Assembly (NCBI GenBank): GCA_963664325.2
Contig: CAXXDQ010000004.1
Span: 160,001-224,000, forward strand
Reading direction: 5' to 3'
DNA length: 64,000 nucleotides
Source of the DNA: Desulfomonilia bacterium
Lineage (GTDB): Bacteria > Desulfobacterota > Desulfomonilia > UBA1062
In this document: in pieces, positions 1-10,729 of the stretch
Layout: each line of letters opens with the position of its first letter
How positions within the stretch are numbered: the first letter of the stretch is position 1
The notes under the pieces: model-generated
Seen by the model: only the letters and a program-made list of their open reading frames with translations
The model's database searches: none
Told to the model about the DNA's origin: nothing
Program-made: the position numbers and the translations under genes

Positions 1-1825
1 GCACATTTGCAGTCGCGCTTGCATATGCAAGTAGTTCCTCGTTGCCGGGTTCGGCCTGCCCCTCTTTCCCTGCAATCATAATGGTTCCTGCCAGACGCTC
101 CTTGTGTGTCAGCGCCAGCCCCACGAACCAGCCGAAACCGAACGCCTTTTCTATTATCCTGCCGAGAGGCGCCGGCATGTTCCCGAAAGTTACGTCATGG
201 AGGGAACCGACCCGGCCGATGGTCGAGCCCATTATTTCATCATAGTGCTCTTTGCTGACGGGTGTCTTCATATTAATGAATCCGCTGCCCAGTTTTTTCC
301 TCAGCCATGTATTGCTGTCTTCCGAGAGCGTTGACCGGCGGTATACAAGGGCATTGTGCTCCTCATCATAATCATTGATGAAAACCTCCGCCGCTCCTGT
401 GATTTCTTTCAGCCTTGTCACGATGGTTTCATAAAGCTGATCGGGTTCGGCGGACATTATCGCCTGCGAATAATCGTTGATGGATGTCAGCATCTGGTTT
501 TTTATCTGGAGCTGCCTCTCAGCCTCCTTGCGCTTGGTTATGTCATGGATTATCGTGAGCATGCACGGCTTTGAATCTATCTCGATCGGCTCAGCAGAAA
601 GGGAAGTCTGCCGTACTTCGCCTGTTTTGCTCTTGATCTCCACCTCATAGTCATGGACAAAACCCAGCTCCTGTAATTGAGCGACAATCTTTCGCCGGTC
701 TTCAGGGTCTGCAAACAATCCCAGTTCGAGTGACCTCCGGCCCAATACATCCTCCCGGCTGTACCCGAACAGACTCTCCCAGCTGTAATTGGTCTCGATA
801 ATCAGCCCGTCGTCACGCTGGCTGATGATGAGTACATCCGGAATTGCGCTGAAGGCTTTGTAGAATTTGTTTTCGCTGTTGCGCAGTGCTTCTTCCGCCT
901 GCTTAAGTCCTGTGATGTCACGGATGTAGCCGCCTACTCCCATGCGCCCACCTGAAAGAGGTACAGGGAACTTGACGGTCTGGTAGGTGTTAGCACCCAC
1001 GATTTCCTCGGCAGTGAAGCTCTCCTTGCTCTTCAGGGCTTCCATGTCGCTTGCCCGGCAATGCTCGGCAACTTCGAAAGGCATGAGATCGAAATCCGTT
1101 GAGCCTATTACGTCTGCTTGATATCTGCCCATGAAAGCGTCGTTAGCCTTGTTGCTGATGAGATATCGGAAGGATTCATCCTTGAGAAACACCAGATCGG
1201 AGGTGGCATCTATAAAGGTGCGGTAACGAAGTTCACTTCCAACCAGCGCCTCGGAATCCCTTTTTCGCTCGGTGATGTCGTTTAGCATGACGCGATATAC
1301 AGGTGCACCGTTTTCATCCTGCGCGGCGGAGGCTGACAGGTGCACCCATAATGAACTCCCGTCTTTTTTAGCCATTTGCAGTTCGCACTCCTGGGGTTCA
1401 CCTGTCTCCATAAGTTGCTTGCTAAGACGGAGATAGGCTTCCTGGTCATCTCTTATGATAAACCGGATAATCGGCCTCTTTTGAAGAGCATCGCGGGTGA
1501 CTCCCAGCAGGGTGGCGGCGGTGAGGTTCGCCTCAAGGATCAGACCTTTTTCACCTATCGTTAAATAGCCCGACGGCGCCTGATCGTAGAGATCAAAGTA
1601 CCGTGTACGCGCAGCGTCCAGTTCAGCCTGGATCCTGCGCAGTTCCTTGTTCTGCTTCTCAAGCTCGATCAGATGAACCCTCAGCTCATGAAGCAGGGAG
1701 CGAGACTCTTCCGGTAATTGCCCCTCGATATTCTTTAATTTTTGCTCAGTTTTTTTTAGGGCTGCCTTTTCAGCAAGCTTTCGCATGTCAACCTGATTCA
1801 TGGGCTTTCCCATCTTCTTTTTCAT
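1..1825 (-). CDS. Multi-PAS sensor protein (probable histidine kinase or c-di-GMP enzyme); 3' end lies outside the window
   Basis: Absent from the ORF track, presumably because the frame runs off the left edge. Manual translation from ATG at 1825 gives MKKKMGKPMNQ...LHELRVHLIELEKQNKELRRIQAELDAARTRYFDLYDQAPSGY...DITERKR...RYRTFIDATSDLVFLKD, a coiled coil followed by repeated PAS/PAC units. The output domain is not visible. Confidence 0.85.
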   Translation of the reverse strand, partial: MKKKMGKPMNQVDMRKLAEKAALKKTEQKLKNIEGQLPEESRSLLHELRVHLIELEKQNKELRRIQAELDAARTRYFDLYDQAPSGYLTIGEKGLILEANLTAATLLGVTRDALQKRPIIRFIIRDDQEAYLRLSKQLMETGEPQECELQMAKKDGSSLWVHLSASAAQDENGAPVYRVMLNDITERKRDSEALVGSELRYRTFIDATSDLVFLKDESFRYLISNKANDAFMGRYQADVIGSTDFDLMPFEVAEHCRASDMEALKSKESFTAEEIVGANTYQTVKFPVPLSGGRMGVGGYIRDITGLKQAEEALRNSENKFYKAFSAIPDVLIISQRDDGLIIETNYSWESLFGYSREDVLGRRSLELGLFADPEDRRKIVAQLQELGFVHDYEVEIKSKTGEVRQTSLSAEPIEIDSKPCMLTIIHDITKRKEAERQLQIKNQMLTSINDYSQAIMSAEPDQLYETIVTRLKEITGAAEVFINDYDEEHNALVYRRSTLSEDSNTWLRKKLGSGFINMKTPVSKEHYDEIMGSTIGRVGSLHDVTFGNMPAPLGRIIEKAFGFGWFVGLALTHKERLAGTIMIAGKEGQAEPGNEELLAYASATANV

Positions 1826-2068
1826 GGCGGCCCCCCTGGATTAAGGCCAAATGCCTAATGCAGGAATAAAATGCCTAATTAAAACCAAAACCGACTACTG
1901 GCTCCAGCCGTTTGTCTTTTCCTAATCCTTCAATCTGCTCTTCGGTTTTCCTGCCTTAATTCTTTAATCTTGAACCTCCGGCCTTTTTCCATGCGACTGA
2001 TTTTCTGATTCAATCGGATAAAAAACCGGTTGGTTAGCCGGAATCGGCGGGGAAAAAGTCAAATGAAG

Positions 2069-2095
2069 AAAAAAAGGCGGGGTAAACCCGCCTTT
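2069..2095 (-). terminator. Rho-independent terminator downstream of the GH5 gene
   Basis: Hairpin AAAGGCGGG-gtaaa-CCCGCCTTT, with an A-run at 2069-2075 that reads as a U-tract on the minus strand. Confidence 0.75.
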
Positions 2096-2102
2096 GTGTG
2101 AT

Positions 2103-3470
2103 CTAGGTCCCTGGTGTTATCTCTACGGAATGCACTGCCTGGTTCGGATTTGTATAAATCTTCAGAACTTCAGAGGCATCATCCCACTCGCTGGACCACG
2201 AACCGGCCGCGTCGCTGACTGCTAGTTTCCAGCCGTCCGGGAAGAAACGCCTTGCAGGGATATAAATCTCCGTAGGCGCACTGATTCCGGTTTCATTGAA
2301 TACGAGTTTGAAAACGCGGGTTTTGGGATCATAGCTGTAGCTTGCAGGATTTCCTGCTATTGCCTTCGGATAGACCCTGACAAGGTCGTTTATCTTTGCC
2401 TGTTCGCTTTTGTCGGAATTTATTATTCCCATAGGGTCCGGATCATAAGACCAGTAAGCCCATCCGCTGGTTGTGCGGTCCGCCACTGTCATCACTTCTT
2501 TGAGATATGCATCGACCGCGGAACCGGAACCCGAAATGCCCACTTCGCCGATAAGCATCGGGGAAAGCTGTTTTATTACCTCGGCCCTGCGGATATTCTC
2601 CCATATCTGGATATCCGGTTGACCCAGTGCATACAAATGCGGGAAATATGCCAGCCTCGGACCGGCAGGTCTTGAGTCAGACACTACCCCGAGTTTTGAA
2701 GGCGTTCCCTGGTTTGTAAAAATTGCCACCGGTTCAAAGAATACCCAGTTATCGTTATCAACAGTCCTGATTGCGGCAGCCAGCCTCTCGTAAAAAGGTT
2801 TCAGCACCCGTGCCTCAAAGGTAAGGGGGTTGGAGTACCCCGAATAGGGTTCGTTCATCAGGTCATAGCCTATGACTGCGGGATGGTCATGGAACCTCTG
2901 GACAATCTCCATGACCGCCGCTGTGTAGTGTTCCTGGAGATATGCATATTTAGTATTGTTGAAACTCCAGAAATTGGCAAATGCGGCCATGACTCCAGGA
3001 TCAAGGTAATTGAGCTGCCAGGGTTCCTGATACTGGGCGGGCAGTCCGTTATCCTCAATGGCCCAGGCAGGCGCCCCGTCGCCTCCGAAATAAGCGGAAT
3101 AGAGATCCTGGTGCATATCGAGGACAACATGAATCCCGGCCTCCTGATACCAGTCCAGGCGTTCCGCTATCCCGTCAAGATAGGCCTCGTTGAAAACTCC
3201 CTTTTCAGGCTCGATCCCGTCCCACAGCAACACCACGCGGGCGAAGTTGAAGCCCCAGTCCCGGGACATCCTCAGGATGTCGTCCTTTTGAGTCCAGCCC
3301 AGCCTGTCCTGATAATACTTCGAACTGTTGCTTACGTTAAGTCCGTGCAGTATCAGAGCCCGGCCCTGACCGTCGGTGATGTACTGCTGCTGGAAATCTT
3401 TTTTGCAGGCGCCCAGCATGAATGAAACAAGGATCACAAGACAGATGAATATTCCGGATTTATTCCTCAT
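2103..3470 (-). CDS. Endoglycoceramidase-like glycoside hydrolase family 5 lipoprotein
   Basis: Lipobox MLGAC; GH5 motifs LDMHQD, GDGAPAWA, acid/base LMNEP and nucleophile IGEVG; C-terminal beta-sandwich (RVYPKAIAG...PTEIYIP) typical of EGCase II-like enzymes. Confidence 0.85.
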   Translation of the reverse strand: MRNKSGIFICLVILVSFMLGACKKDFQQQYITDGQGRALILHGLNVSNSSKYYQDRLGWTQKDDILRMSRDWGFNFARVVLLWDGIEPEKGVFNEAYLDGIAERLDWYQEAGIHVVLDMHQDLYSAYFGGDGAPAWAIEDNGLPAQYQEPWQLNYLDPGVMAAFANFWSFNNTKYAYLQEHYTAAVMEIVQRFHDHPAVIGYDLMNEPYSGYSNPLTFEARVLKPFYERLAAAIRTVDNDNWVFFEPVAIFTNQGTPSKLGVVSDSRPAGPRLAYFPHLYALGQPDIQIWENIRRAEVIKQLSPMLIGEVGISGSGSAVDAYLKEVMTVADRTTSGWAYWSYDPDPMGIINSDKSEQAKINDLVRVYPKAIAGNPASYSYDPKTRVFKLVFNETGISAPTEIYIPARRFFPDGWKLAVSDAAGSWSSEWDDASEVLKIYTNPNQAVHSVEITPGT

Positions 3471-3586
3471 ATCAACCCCCTTATGGAGAATGTATTGATT
3501 ATATCAGGATTACAGCCAAATTGCTATTTGCAAAAGCTGGCGGTCAAGTTTCGGTCGTTACAGAAATTAAAAATATGCAGCTGAAA

Positions 3587-4090
3587 TCATTCTGAGAACG
3601 GTGGCTGGCTCCCGCAATCGCCCATGTCTCCGCCGAGTTTTGAAAGCGCGTGAGGCAGGGCCGGAAGAATTACTCCCAGGTTTTCACTTACAGCCTTGGG
3701 ACTTCCCGGCAGATTGACAATCAGGGTATGGCCGCGAATCCCCGCAACCGCCCTTGATATCATGGCATTGGGTGTTTTTTTCAGGCTTTCGGCCCTCATG
3801 GCCTCTTCCATTCCGGGGACTCTTTTCTCGATAACGGCCAATGTCGCTTCAGGGGTCACATCCCTGGGAGAGAGACCTGTTCCCCCTGTTGTTATAATAA
3901 GGTTCAATCTTTTGGAATCACTCCACCTGATAAGTTCCGATGAAATAAGGCCTGCCTCGTCGGGAATCACCTCGTATTCGGTTACCGCAATCCCCGAGCC
4001 TTCAAGCATCTCCTTTATGACCGCTCCGCTCAGGTCTTCCCGTTCACCGCGTGAGCCCTTATCGCTTAATGTGAGTATGCCGGCCTTCAC
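3587..4090 (-). CDS. mog: Molybdopterin adenylyltransferase, MogA/MoaB family
   Basis: Motifs LTLSDKG..G.REDLSG, TTGGTGLSPRDVTPEAT, PGMEEAMR and NLPGSPKAV. Confidence 0.92.
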   Translation of the reverse strand: MKAGILTLSDKGSRGEREDLSGAVIKEMLEGSGIAVTEYEVIPDEAGLISSELIRWSDSKRLNLIITTGGTGLSPRDVTPEATLAVIEKRVPGMEEAMRAESLKKTPNAMISRAVAGIRGHTLIVNLPGSPKAVSENLGVILPALPHALSKLGGDMGDCGSQPPFSE

Positions 4091-4803
4091 CTTTTCACCT
4101 CATGCAGTCTTCTTACCGCGGTAATGCCCAGTACCCTGGGGACCGACTTGCTTTTCCCCAGTTTGGAAAGCTCTCTTTCCTTGAGGGAATAGACCAGTTT
4201 GGTCGATATGAAAAGCGGGGTCTTGGGGTTAAAGACAAGTCCGACCCTGACTTCGTAGTTTTTCATCCATTCCCGCTGGGTGGAAATAAATCTCAGGACA
4301 TCTTCATGCACCGAGCGGTTGTTGGCAATCATGACCACTTCGCTGTCCGTGATCTTGGGGGACTTTATAACGGACATCTGAACAAGCCGGTTGACGTCGC
4401 GAATAAGTACTGTCCGGGCCTCCTTGTTGCACTTCATGGCAAACTCGACTTTCTTGGAGACCGTCATTTTCTGAATCAGATGGAACAGGCTGGTTGTCTT
4501 ATGCTCTTCCAATTCCAGGGATACATCTTCCCGGCCTTTGTCACCGTCATCCAGCCAGGCGTCAAGACTTGCATCAAGACCGGCATCGGCACCCGAATCA
4601 ATCGAATCCGACAGGAAGTCATCTTTTTCAAACGAATAATCACCTGCTATTTCTGCAAAATCGGAAAGGGAGTAACCGGCTGTTTTTTCCTCAAATGTGA
4701 TGCCTGATTTTTCTATTATGGTAAGACTACTGGTTTGAATGACAACCGGCAGCCACCTTTTGTTATATTCTTTTTCTATTTGCGGCTTGCTGTTTTCTTC
4801 CAT
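4087..4803 (-). CDS. Conserved hypothetical protein with an acidic linker and a helical-repeat (LRV-like) C-terminus
   Basis: 238-aa ORF with a 4-nt overlap to mog; C-terminal K.NKEAR..LIRD.N..V...V..SPKIT...W.KNY.V...LV.NPKTP segment. Confidence 0.65.
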   Translation of the reverse strand: MEENSKPQIEKEYNKRWLPVVIQTSSLTIIEKSGITFEEKTAGYSLSDFAEIAGDYSFEKDDFLSDSIDSGADAGLDASLDAWLDDGDKGREDVSLELEEHKTTSLFHLIQKMTVSKKVEFAMKCNKEARTVLIRDVNRLVQMSVIKSPKITDSEVVMIANNRSVHEDVLRFISTQREWMKNYEVRVGLVFNPKTPLFISTKLVYSLKERELSKLGKSKSVPRVLGITAVRRLHEVKR

Positions 4804-4810
4804 AGTTTAC

Positions 4811-4843
4811 AAAAAAGCAAAGCCCCTGTTTAAGGGGCTTTGC
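4811..4843 (-). terminator. Rho-independent terminator after the EF-G-like gene
   Basis: Stem GCAAAGCCCC-tgtttaa-GGGGCTTTGC plus A6 at 4811-4816. Confidence 0.75.
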
Positions 4844-4850
4844 CGGTTTG

Positions 4851-6941
4851 CTATTTTTCTTTTGCCTCTCTGGCAGCCTTTGCCTCGGCCACCACCTTTT
4901 CCTGGATGTTGAAAGGAACCGGTTCGTAGTGGGAGAATCCCATCGAATACGTCCCGCGGGCGGAAGTCATGGATGTCAGGTCGGACGCATACATGAGGAC
5001 TTCGGCCAGCGGTACGCTCGCCTTGACTTCCTGATACTTGCCTTTTGCATTCATCCCCTCTATTTTTCCCCTGCGGCTGTTAAGGTCTCCCATTACATCA
5101 CCCATGCAGTCTTCGGGCACGACGATGGCAATCTTCATGATTGGTTCAAGCAGAATCGGCTTGCACCCTTCCATTGCCTTCTTGAAGGCCATGGATGCGG
5201 CAATCTTGAACGCCATTTCAGATGAATCGACGTCATGGTATGAACCGTCAACCGCGCTTATCTTGAGGTCCACAACGGGATTACCGGAAAGAGGCCCTTC
5301 CTTCAGGGCCTCAATCAGTCCCTTTTCAACAGCAGGGATATAATTCCGCGGGATGACCCCGCCTACGATCGCGTTTACAAACTCGAAGCCAGCCCCGCGT
5401 TCCATCGGGACCACTTCTATCCACACGTCGCCGTACTGGCCGTGTCCGCCGGTCTGCTTCTTGTACTTGCCCTGGACCCTGGCTGTGGCCGTAATGGTTT
5501 CCTTGTACGGGACCTTTGGCGTCTTCAGTTCGACCTCGACGTTATAACGGCGCTTCAGCCTTTCCACGGTAAGCTCGATATGCACCTGGCCCAGTCCGTA
5601 AAGCTTGAATTCGCCGGTCTGCTCGTCACGGATAACCTTGAGAACGGGGTCTTCTTCCATTAGTTTCTGAAGCCCGGGCATGATCTTGTCTTCATCGCCC
5701 TTGGTCTTCGGCGATATGGCCATGTTCATGATCGCCTCCGGGAATTCAGGGCTGGGAAGCATCATGTCGGAATTGTCGCTGAGTAGCGTATCGCCGGTTT
5801 TTGTCTCCTTGAGTTTTGCCACTGCGAAAAGGTCGCCCGGCCCCACCTGCTCAAGCGGTTTTTGGGCCTTGCCTTCAATGGCCATAATGGAACCTATGCG
5901 CTCTTTTGTGCTGCGGTTGGGGTTATTCAACTGCGAATCCGGTCCGAGTGTCCCGGAAAGGCATTTGATTATACTTAGCTTGCCGGTGTACGGGTCGCTC
6001 ATGGTCTTGAAGACATAACCGACAAACGGCTCGCTTTCCTCTGCCTTGACATTCCTGGTCTTGCCGTCCGGGGATTTCAGTTCGTGGGCTTTTCTGTCTT
6101 TCGGGCTCAGCATTGAACCGGCTATGAAATCCATGAGCGGCTGGACGCCCATATTCAGAAGGGCGGAACCTGCAAAAACAGGCAGGAAAATGCCCTGTGC
6201 AAGGCCGTTGCTCAAAGCCCCTGCAAGCTCTGCCGCACTCAATTCCCCGCCTTCAAGATATTTTTCCATCAGGGTATCATCAACCTCGGCAAGGTCTTCT
6301 ATCACCTTCGAATAGGTTTCTTCCAGGATGTCAGCCATGTCTGCGGGCACATCAGCTTCCTTGAAGCTGCCGCTTCCGTTTTTTTCGTATATATATGCCT
6401 TCTTTTTAAGCACATCCACTATGCCCTGGAAGCTTTCTTCGCTGCCTACGGGGATTGTCAGCGGAAGCGTTTTTATTTCGAGCATTTCACGAATGTCGGA
6501 AAGGACCTGATCGAAATCCGCACGCTCACGGTCCATCTTGTTTATGAAGCACGCACAGGCCAGGCCTTCCTTTCTTGCCATCTGCCATAGGTTTTCAGTG
6601 TGCGGCTTGATTGAATCGACCGCGTCTATGACAAATATTGCATTGTCCGCCGATTTAAGGCTGAGAATCGCTTCCGATGTGAAGTTTGCATCGCCCGGTG
6701 TATCAAGCAGCATTACTCCCTTGTTTTTCCATTTGAAATTATGCAGGGCGCTGAATACCGAAGACTGCCTTTTCTGCTCTTCAGGTTCAAAGTCCAGGAC
6801 CGAGTTCCCTTCCAGAACTTTACCAAGCCTGGTTGTGGCCTTGGCGTTGAACAGCATTGCCTCTCCAAGGGATGTCTTCCCTGATCCCGAATGCGACACC
6901 AGGATTATATCCCTTAAATTTTCCGTGCTAAATCTTCTCAT
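4851..6941 (-). CDS. fusA: Elongation factor G-like protein (EF-G2 paralogue)
   Basis: G1 HSGSGKT, G3 DTPG, G4 NKMD, domain IV KKQTGGHGQYG and DGSYHDVDSSEMAF. The canonical G2 RGITI is replaced (RQSSV) and it is not in a str operon. Confidence 0.9.
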   Translation of the reverse strand: MRRFSTENLRDIILVSHSGSGKTSLGEAMLFNAKATTRLGKVLEGNSVLDFEPEEQKRQSSVFSALHNFKWKNKGVMLLDTPGDANFTSEAILSLKSADNAIFVIDAVDSIKPHTENLWQMARKEGLACACFINKMDRERADFDQVLSDIREMLEIKTLPLTIPVGSEESFQGIVDVLKKKAYIYEKNGSGSFKEADVPADMADILEETYSKVIEDLAEVDDTLMEKYLEGGELSAAELAGALSNGLAQGIFLPVFAGSALLNMGVQPLMDFIAGSMLSPKDRKAHELKSPDGKTRNVKAEESEPFVGYVFKTMSDPYTGKLSIIKCLSGTLGPDSQLNNPNRSTKERIGSIMAIEGKAQKPLEQVGPGDLFAVAKLKETKTGDTLLSDNSDMMLPSPEFPEAIMNMAISPKTKGDEDKIMPGLQKLMEEDPVLKVIRDEQTGEFKLYGLGQVHIELTVERLKRRYNVEVELKTPKVPYKETITATARVQGKYKKQTGGHGQYGDVWIEVVPMERGAGFEFVNAIVGGVIPRNYIPAVEKGLIEALKEGPLSGNPVVDLKISAVDGSYHDVDSSEMAFKIAASMAFKKAMEGCKPILLEPIMKIAIVVPEDCMGDVMGDLNSRRGKIEGMNAKGKYQEVKASVPLAEVLMYASDLTSMTSARGTYSMGFSHYEPVPFNIQEKVVAEAKAAREAKEK

Positions 6942-7082
6942 CGATGATCCTCCTACAAAGTAATACTGGTTTAACGAGTGTCATACCGTATCCAAAAGAC
7001 ACTTCCAAGTCAAGCGGACATTGGAGAGCCCTGGTCTTCAGGATTCCTTTACGCAATCACCGCCGTATGTTAACTAGAACGC

Positions 7083-7727
7083 ATGAGAAAATTCGCTATC
7101 GGCGATATCCACGGCTGCTTTGAAAAGCTTGAGGACCTGCTTGCCAAAATCGATCCCAAATCCGATGACAGTTTCATATTTCTGGGTGATTATATCGACA
7201 GAGGAGAGAATCCTAGAGGAGTGATCGATGCCCTGATCAGGCTTTCATCCCATTGCAACTGCATTTTTTTGAGAGGCAATCACGAGGACATGCTAATCGA
7301 GTACATGGAGTTCGGGACAAACCGCAGCATATTCCGTGCAAACGGCGGTGATATGACTATCCTTTCCTATGCTGGGAAAAAGAACGCCGGGGGCAAAGAA
7401 CTGGCAGGAACGGTCCCTGCTGATCACAGGGAATTCATCAAGAACCTGAAATGGCTGCACGAAGATGAGGGCTATATCTATGTGCATGCAGGCATCAGGC
7501 CCGGCATACCGCTTAAACTGCAGGACGCGATGGACCTGATATGGATAAGGCGGGAATTTCATGAAGCGCCGACCGGGCTTGAGAAAAAAATCATATTCGG
7601 CCACTGCCCGTTTAAGGAGCCCTTTGTCAGAAACGACAAGATTGGCATCGATACAGGCGCGGTATATGGCCGCTACCTTACCGCAATCGAACTGCCTTCC
7701 GAGCGCTTCATCTTTTCATTTTCCTAA
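7083..7727 (+). CDS. Ser/Thr protein phosphatase (PPP family metallophosphoesterase)
   Basis: Motifs GDIHG, GDYIDRG, RGNHE, VHAG, FGH and IDTG. Confidence 0.9.
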   Translation: MRKFAIGDIHGCFEKLEDLLAKIDPKSDDSFIFLGDYIDRGENPRGVIDALIRLSSHCNCIFLRGNHEDMLIEYMEFGTNRSIFRANGGDMTILSYAGKKNAGGKELAGTVPADHREFIKNLKWLHEDEGYIYVHAGIRPGIPLKLQDAMDLIWIRREFHEAPTGLEKKIIFGHCPFKEPFVRNDKIGIDTGAVYGRYLTAIELPSERFIFSFS

Positions 7728-7767
7728 GGTCTTGTAATCAGGGACCCTGCTGGTTTATAAAAACAAG

Positions 7768-8427
7768 ATGCCGGGAAATTATTATGAAATCCTTGACGTG
7801 ACAAACAAGGCCTCGTCTGAGGAAATTAAAAGGGCCTACAGGAGAATGGCGCTCAAGCTTCATCCCGACACCAACCCGGACAACCCGGACACCGAGGAGA
7901 AGTTCAAGCTGCTGACCGAGGCTTACGGGGTCCTGATAGACCCTTCCAAGAGAAGATTATACGATATATCTCGCACCGCAGGCTTCGACAGACAGCATAT
8001 TTATGAGGACCTCTTTTCGAATTCCGCCTTCAGCAAAGTGTTCGCCGACCTGCCTATTCCGCCGGAATGGATTGAACGCATGCTGCATGTCGGAAAAATT
8101 GTCGCATATGAAGCAATCATGCGCGGCGGCAGGCCGAGGGACATAATAGGAAGAAGCCTGGTAAGGCTGGCCGCGGACAGTGCTGGTACATTCTTCCACA
8201 ACGTGATGGATATTCATAAGGACATCCGGGTTACCGCAGAGACTGCGGACACCGGCGGCACAGCCGTTTTTGCATACCGTCCCGGCTTTTCGCAAAAAAA
8301 TCTTAACATTACCATTCCCGCAGGCAGCTCAAACGGGACCGTCCTGAGGCTGAAAGGCATGGGAAGGAAAGGCCTGGGCGGCGGGTGCGGCGATCTCTAC
8401 TTAAAGGTAATTATCTCCGGCGAATAA
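7768..8427 (+). CDS. DnaJ-domain protein (J domain plus partial DnaJ_C, CbpA-like)
   Basis: NYYEILDV...[12 protein letters not shown] (HPD motif); C-terminal IPAG....LRLKGMG...GDLYL. Confidence 0.85.
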   Translation: MPGNYYEILDVTNKASSEEIKRAYRRMALKLHPDTNPDNPDTEEKFKLLTEAYGVLIDPSKRRLYDISRTAGFDRQHIYEDLFSNSAFSKVFADLPIPPEWIERMLHVGKIVAYEAIMRGGRPRDIIGRSLVRLAADSAGTFFHNVMDIHKDIRVTAETADTGGTAVFAYRPGFSQKNLNITIPAGSSNGTVLRLKGMGRKGLGGGCGDLYLKVIISGE

Positions 8428-9344
8428 ACGACAATCTGGTTCTTGCCGTTTCTTTTTCCCCAGTACATGGCTTTATCGGCCATCTTCAAAAGCTCCTCGC
8501 TGTTCATTGTATCCTTGGGAAGGCTGGCCAGACCGATAGTGACTGTAACCCCCAGGGAGGTTTCCAGAGACCTGCAAATCCTCTGTGCAACGACACTTGA
8601 CTCCTCTGGCGTGGTTTCAGGAAATACTATGACGAATTCCTCGCCGCCGTATCTGATCAAAAGATCGCAGTTGCGCGTATTGTGCCTGAGTGTAAGTGCA
8701 AGGTTGACCAGCAGTTTGTTTCCCGCCTCATGGCCGTTCGTATCATTGTATTTCTTGAAATCGTCTATATCCAGCATTGCAACGCTCAGGGTATGGTCAT
8801 ATCTGATGTGTCTTTCCACCTCTTTCCTGAGCGTAGGCCTGAGATGCCTAAGGTTGAACAGTCCGGTGAGTTCGTCCGTATGGGAAAGCATCTTGTAATA
8901 CTCGGCCATTTCAGCCTCTTCGACAAGCCTAGCATTCTCGAGCAACTTGTTGATCGTCAGGTGTATATGGTCAAGAAGAAGGGGCTTGGTGATAAAATCT
9001 GCAGCGCCCATTTTCATGCATTCAACCGCATCATGTATCGTTCCATAACCGGTAATCATGATAGCCTGCATTTTGGGATGGAATTCCTTGATCTCGCGCA
9101 AGAGTTCAAGCCCGGTGGTATCAGTCAGATAGAGGTCGAGTATGGCAATATCGAAGGCGTGCTCGCTGAGGAGTTCAACAGCCTTTTCCCCGGTTTCGGC
9201 AACTGTCACGTTCATGCCTTTTTCGCTGAGGTAATCCTTGATGAGGTTCAGGGTTTCAACCTCGTCATCGACGACAATGATCTTGGTGTTTTTGTAAACA
9301 GTCTGTTCCATGTGCCTCTCCATCTCAGAAAAGCTGTTTTTCAA
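8397..9344 (-). CDS. Response regulator with diguanylate cyclase domain (REC-GGDEF)
   Basis: REC motifs VVDDE, ILDL, ITGYG and FITKP; GGEEF active site with the RxxD I-site (RNCD) five residues upstream. The start may be a downstream ATG. Confidence 0.9.
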   Translation of the reverse strand: MKNSFSEMERHMEQTVYKNTKIIVVDDEVETLNLIKDYLSEKGMNVTVAETGEKAVELLSEHAFDIAILDLYLTDTTGLELLREIKEFHPKMQAIMITGYGTIHDAVECMKMGAADFITKPLLLDHIHLTINKLLENARLVEEAEMAEYYKMLSHTDELTGLFNLRHLRPTLRKEVERHIRYDHTLSVAMLDIDDFKKYNDTNGHEAGNKLLVNLALTLRHNTRNCDLLIRYGGEEFVIVFPETTPEESSVVAQRICRSLETSLGVTVTIGLASLPKDTMNSEELLKMADKAMYWGKRNGKNQIVVYSPEIITFK

Positions 9345-9470
9345 ACATGTTTTGCCAAGTATACTTCTTTTCGGTTTTTTCCTTTAAAGATTTTAATATT
9401 ATTTTTAATTGTGTATTTCTGCATGAATAAATAACATAAATACGCACCTTAATTAAACAGGGAGATCGAT

Positions 9471-10424
9471 ATGCGGATACTGGTAACACGAAGCCTTCCG
9501 GGCAATGCGATTGATAAATTGTCTCTTGGTACTGAAATTGAATTATGGAAAAAATCATATCCGATACCTGAAAATGAACTTAAAAAAATGATCAGAGGAA
9601 AAGACGGTCTTCTGTGCCTCCTGACCGATTCAATCACTGCCCAGGTAATGGATTGTGCAGGCGGCAGCTTAAAAATAATCTCCAATTATGCGGTAGGATT
9701 CAATAACATAGACCTTGATGCCGCAAAAGAAAGAGGCATCGTAGTAACCAACACCCCCGGAGTGCTTACGGATGCAACCGCTGACCTGACATGGGCTCTT
9801 CTGTTTGCCGCAGCCAGAAGGATAGCGGAATCGGATGCCTATCTGAGATCAGGCGATTGGACCGGCTGGGACCCTAACCTCATGCTCGGAGCCGATATAA
9901 CCGGGGCAACGCTGGGGGTCGTCGGTGCCGGCAGGATCGGTTCCGCCGTGGCAATGAGGTCGGCAGGGTTCAATATGAAGATTGTTTACACGGATGATAC
10001 GCCGAACGGACTGCTTGAAAAGAAACTCGGCGCAGTCAGGCTTTCCCTCGATGAACTGCTCAGAGTGTCCGATTTCATAACCCTTCACGTGCCTTTGCTG
10101 ACGGCTACCAGACACCTGATAGGAGAAAGGGAATTAAGCCTGATGAAACCCTCCGCCATCATTGTAAACACCTCGCGCGGCCCTGTAATAGATGAGGCGG
10201 CCCTTGCGGAAGCCCTTGAAAAAGGCGTGATCAGGGGGGCCGGCCTTGATGTCTATGAACACGAGCCACAGGTGCATCCGTTGCTTTTAAAACAGAAGAA
10301 TGCCGTGCTTCTTCCCCATATCGCATCCGCCACTAATTCGACCCGTGAAAAGATGGCGCAAATGGCGGTGGATAACTTGATCGCATTCATAAAAGGCGAA
10401 TCGCCTCCCAACAGGGTGGTTTAG
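9471..10424 (+). CDS. D-isomer-specific 2-hydroxyacid dehydrogenase (glyoxylate/hydroxypyruvate reductase, GyaR-like)
   Basis: Motifs NYAVGFNNID, TNTPGVLTDATAD, GAGRIG, NTSRGPV, GLDVYEHEP and PHIASA. Confidence 0.9.
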   Translation: MRILVTRSLPGNAIDKLSLGTEIELWKKSYPIPENELKKMIRGKDGLLCLLTDSITAQVMDCAGGSLKIISNYAVGFNNIDLDAAKERGIVVTNTPGVLTDATADLTWALLFAAARRIAESDAYLRSGDWTGWDPNLMLGADITGATLGVVGAGRIGSAVAMRSAGFNMKIVYTDDTPNGLLEKKLGAVRLSLDELLRVSDFITLHVPLLTATRHLIGERELSLMKPSAIIVNTSRGPVIDEAALAEALEKGVIRGAGLDVYEHEPQVHPLLLKQKNAVLLPHIASATNSTREKMAQMAVDNLIAFIKGESPPNRVV

Positions 10425-10729
10425 ATGAAAAGGCAGCTGTCAAGCTGATGAGCCATTAAACTCGTATTTGAGCTGCATCAAATTTTTCAACAAGACCCTT
10501 ACCCATTTTGATATGAAGTATGTACCTCGTTCCAACACCTATACTCTTTCTGAGTCTGCTTTTAATGCATATCTGAGGCAGCGATCCATGATTTATAAAC
10601 TGTCTGAAAATGAAGATATCATCAAGTAATTATGATAACTGTGGCAGTATCCATGCGGTATCCTGACGTATTTATTGCTGTTGGCAACATGGTTAGTCAT
10701 ATTATCATGAACGTGCCCAAGTCGCCCAG

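Noticed and set aside
42-1869. Short plus-strand ORFs in the first 1.9 kb
   Set aside because: They lie opposite the long minus-strand PAS-domain gene that the ORF track missed.
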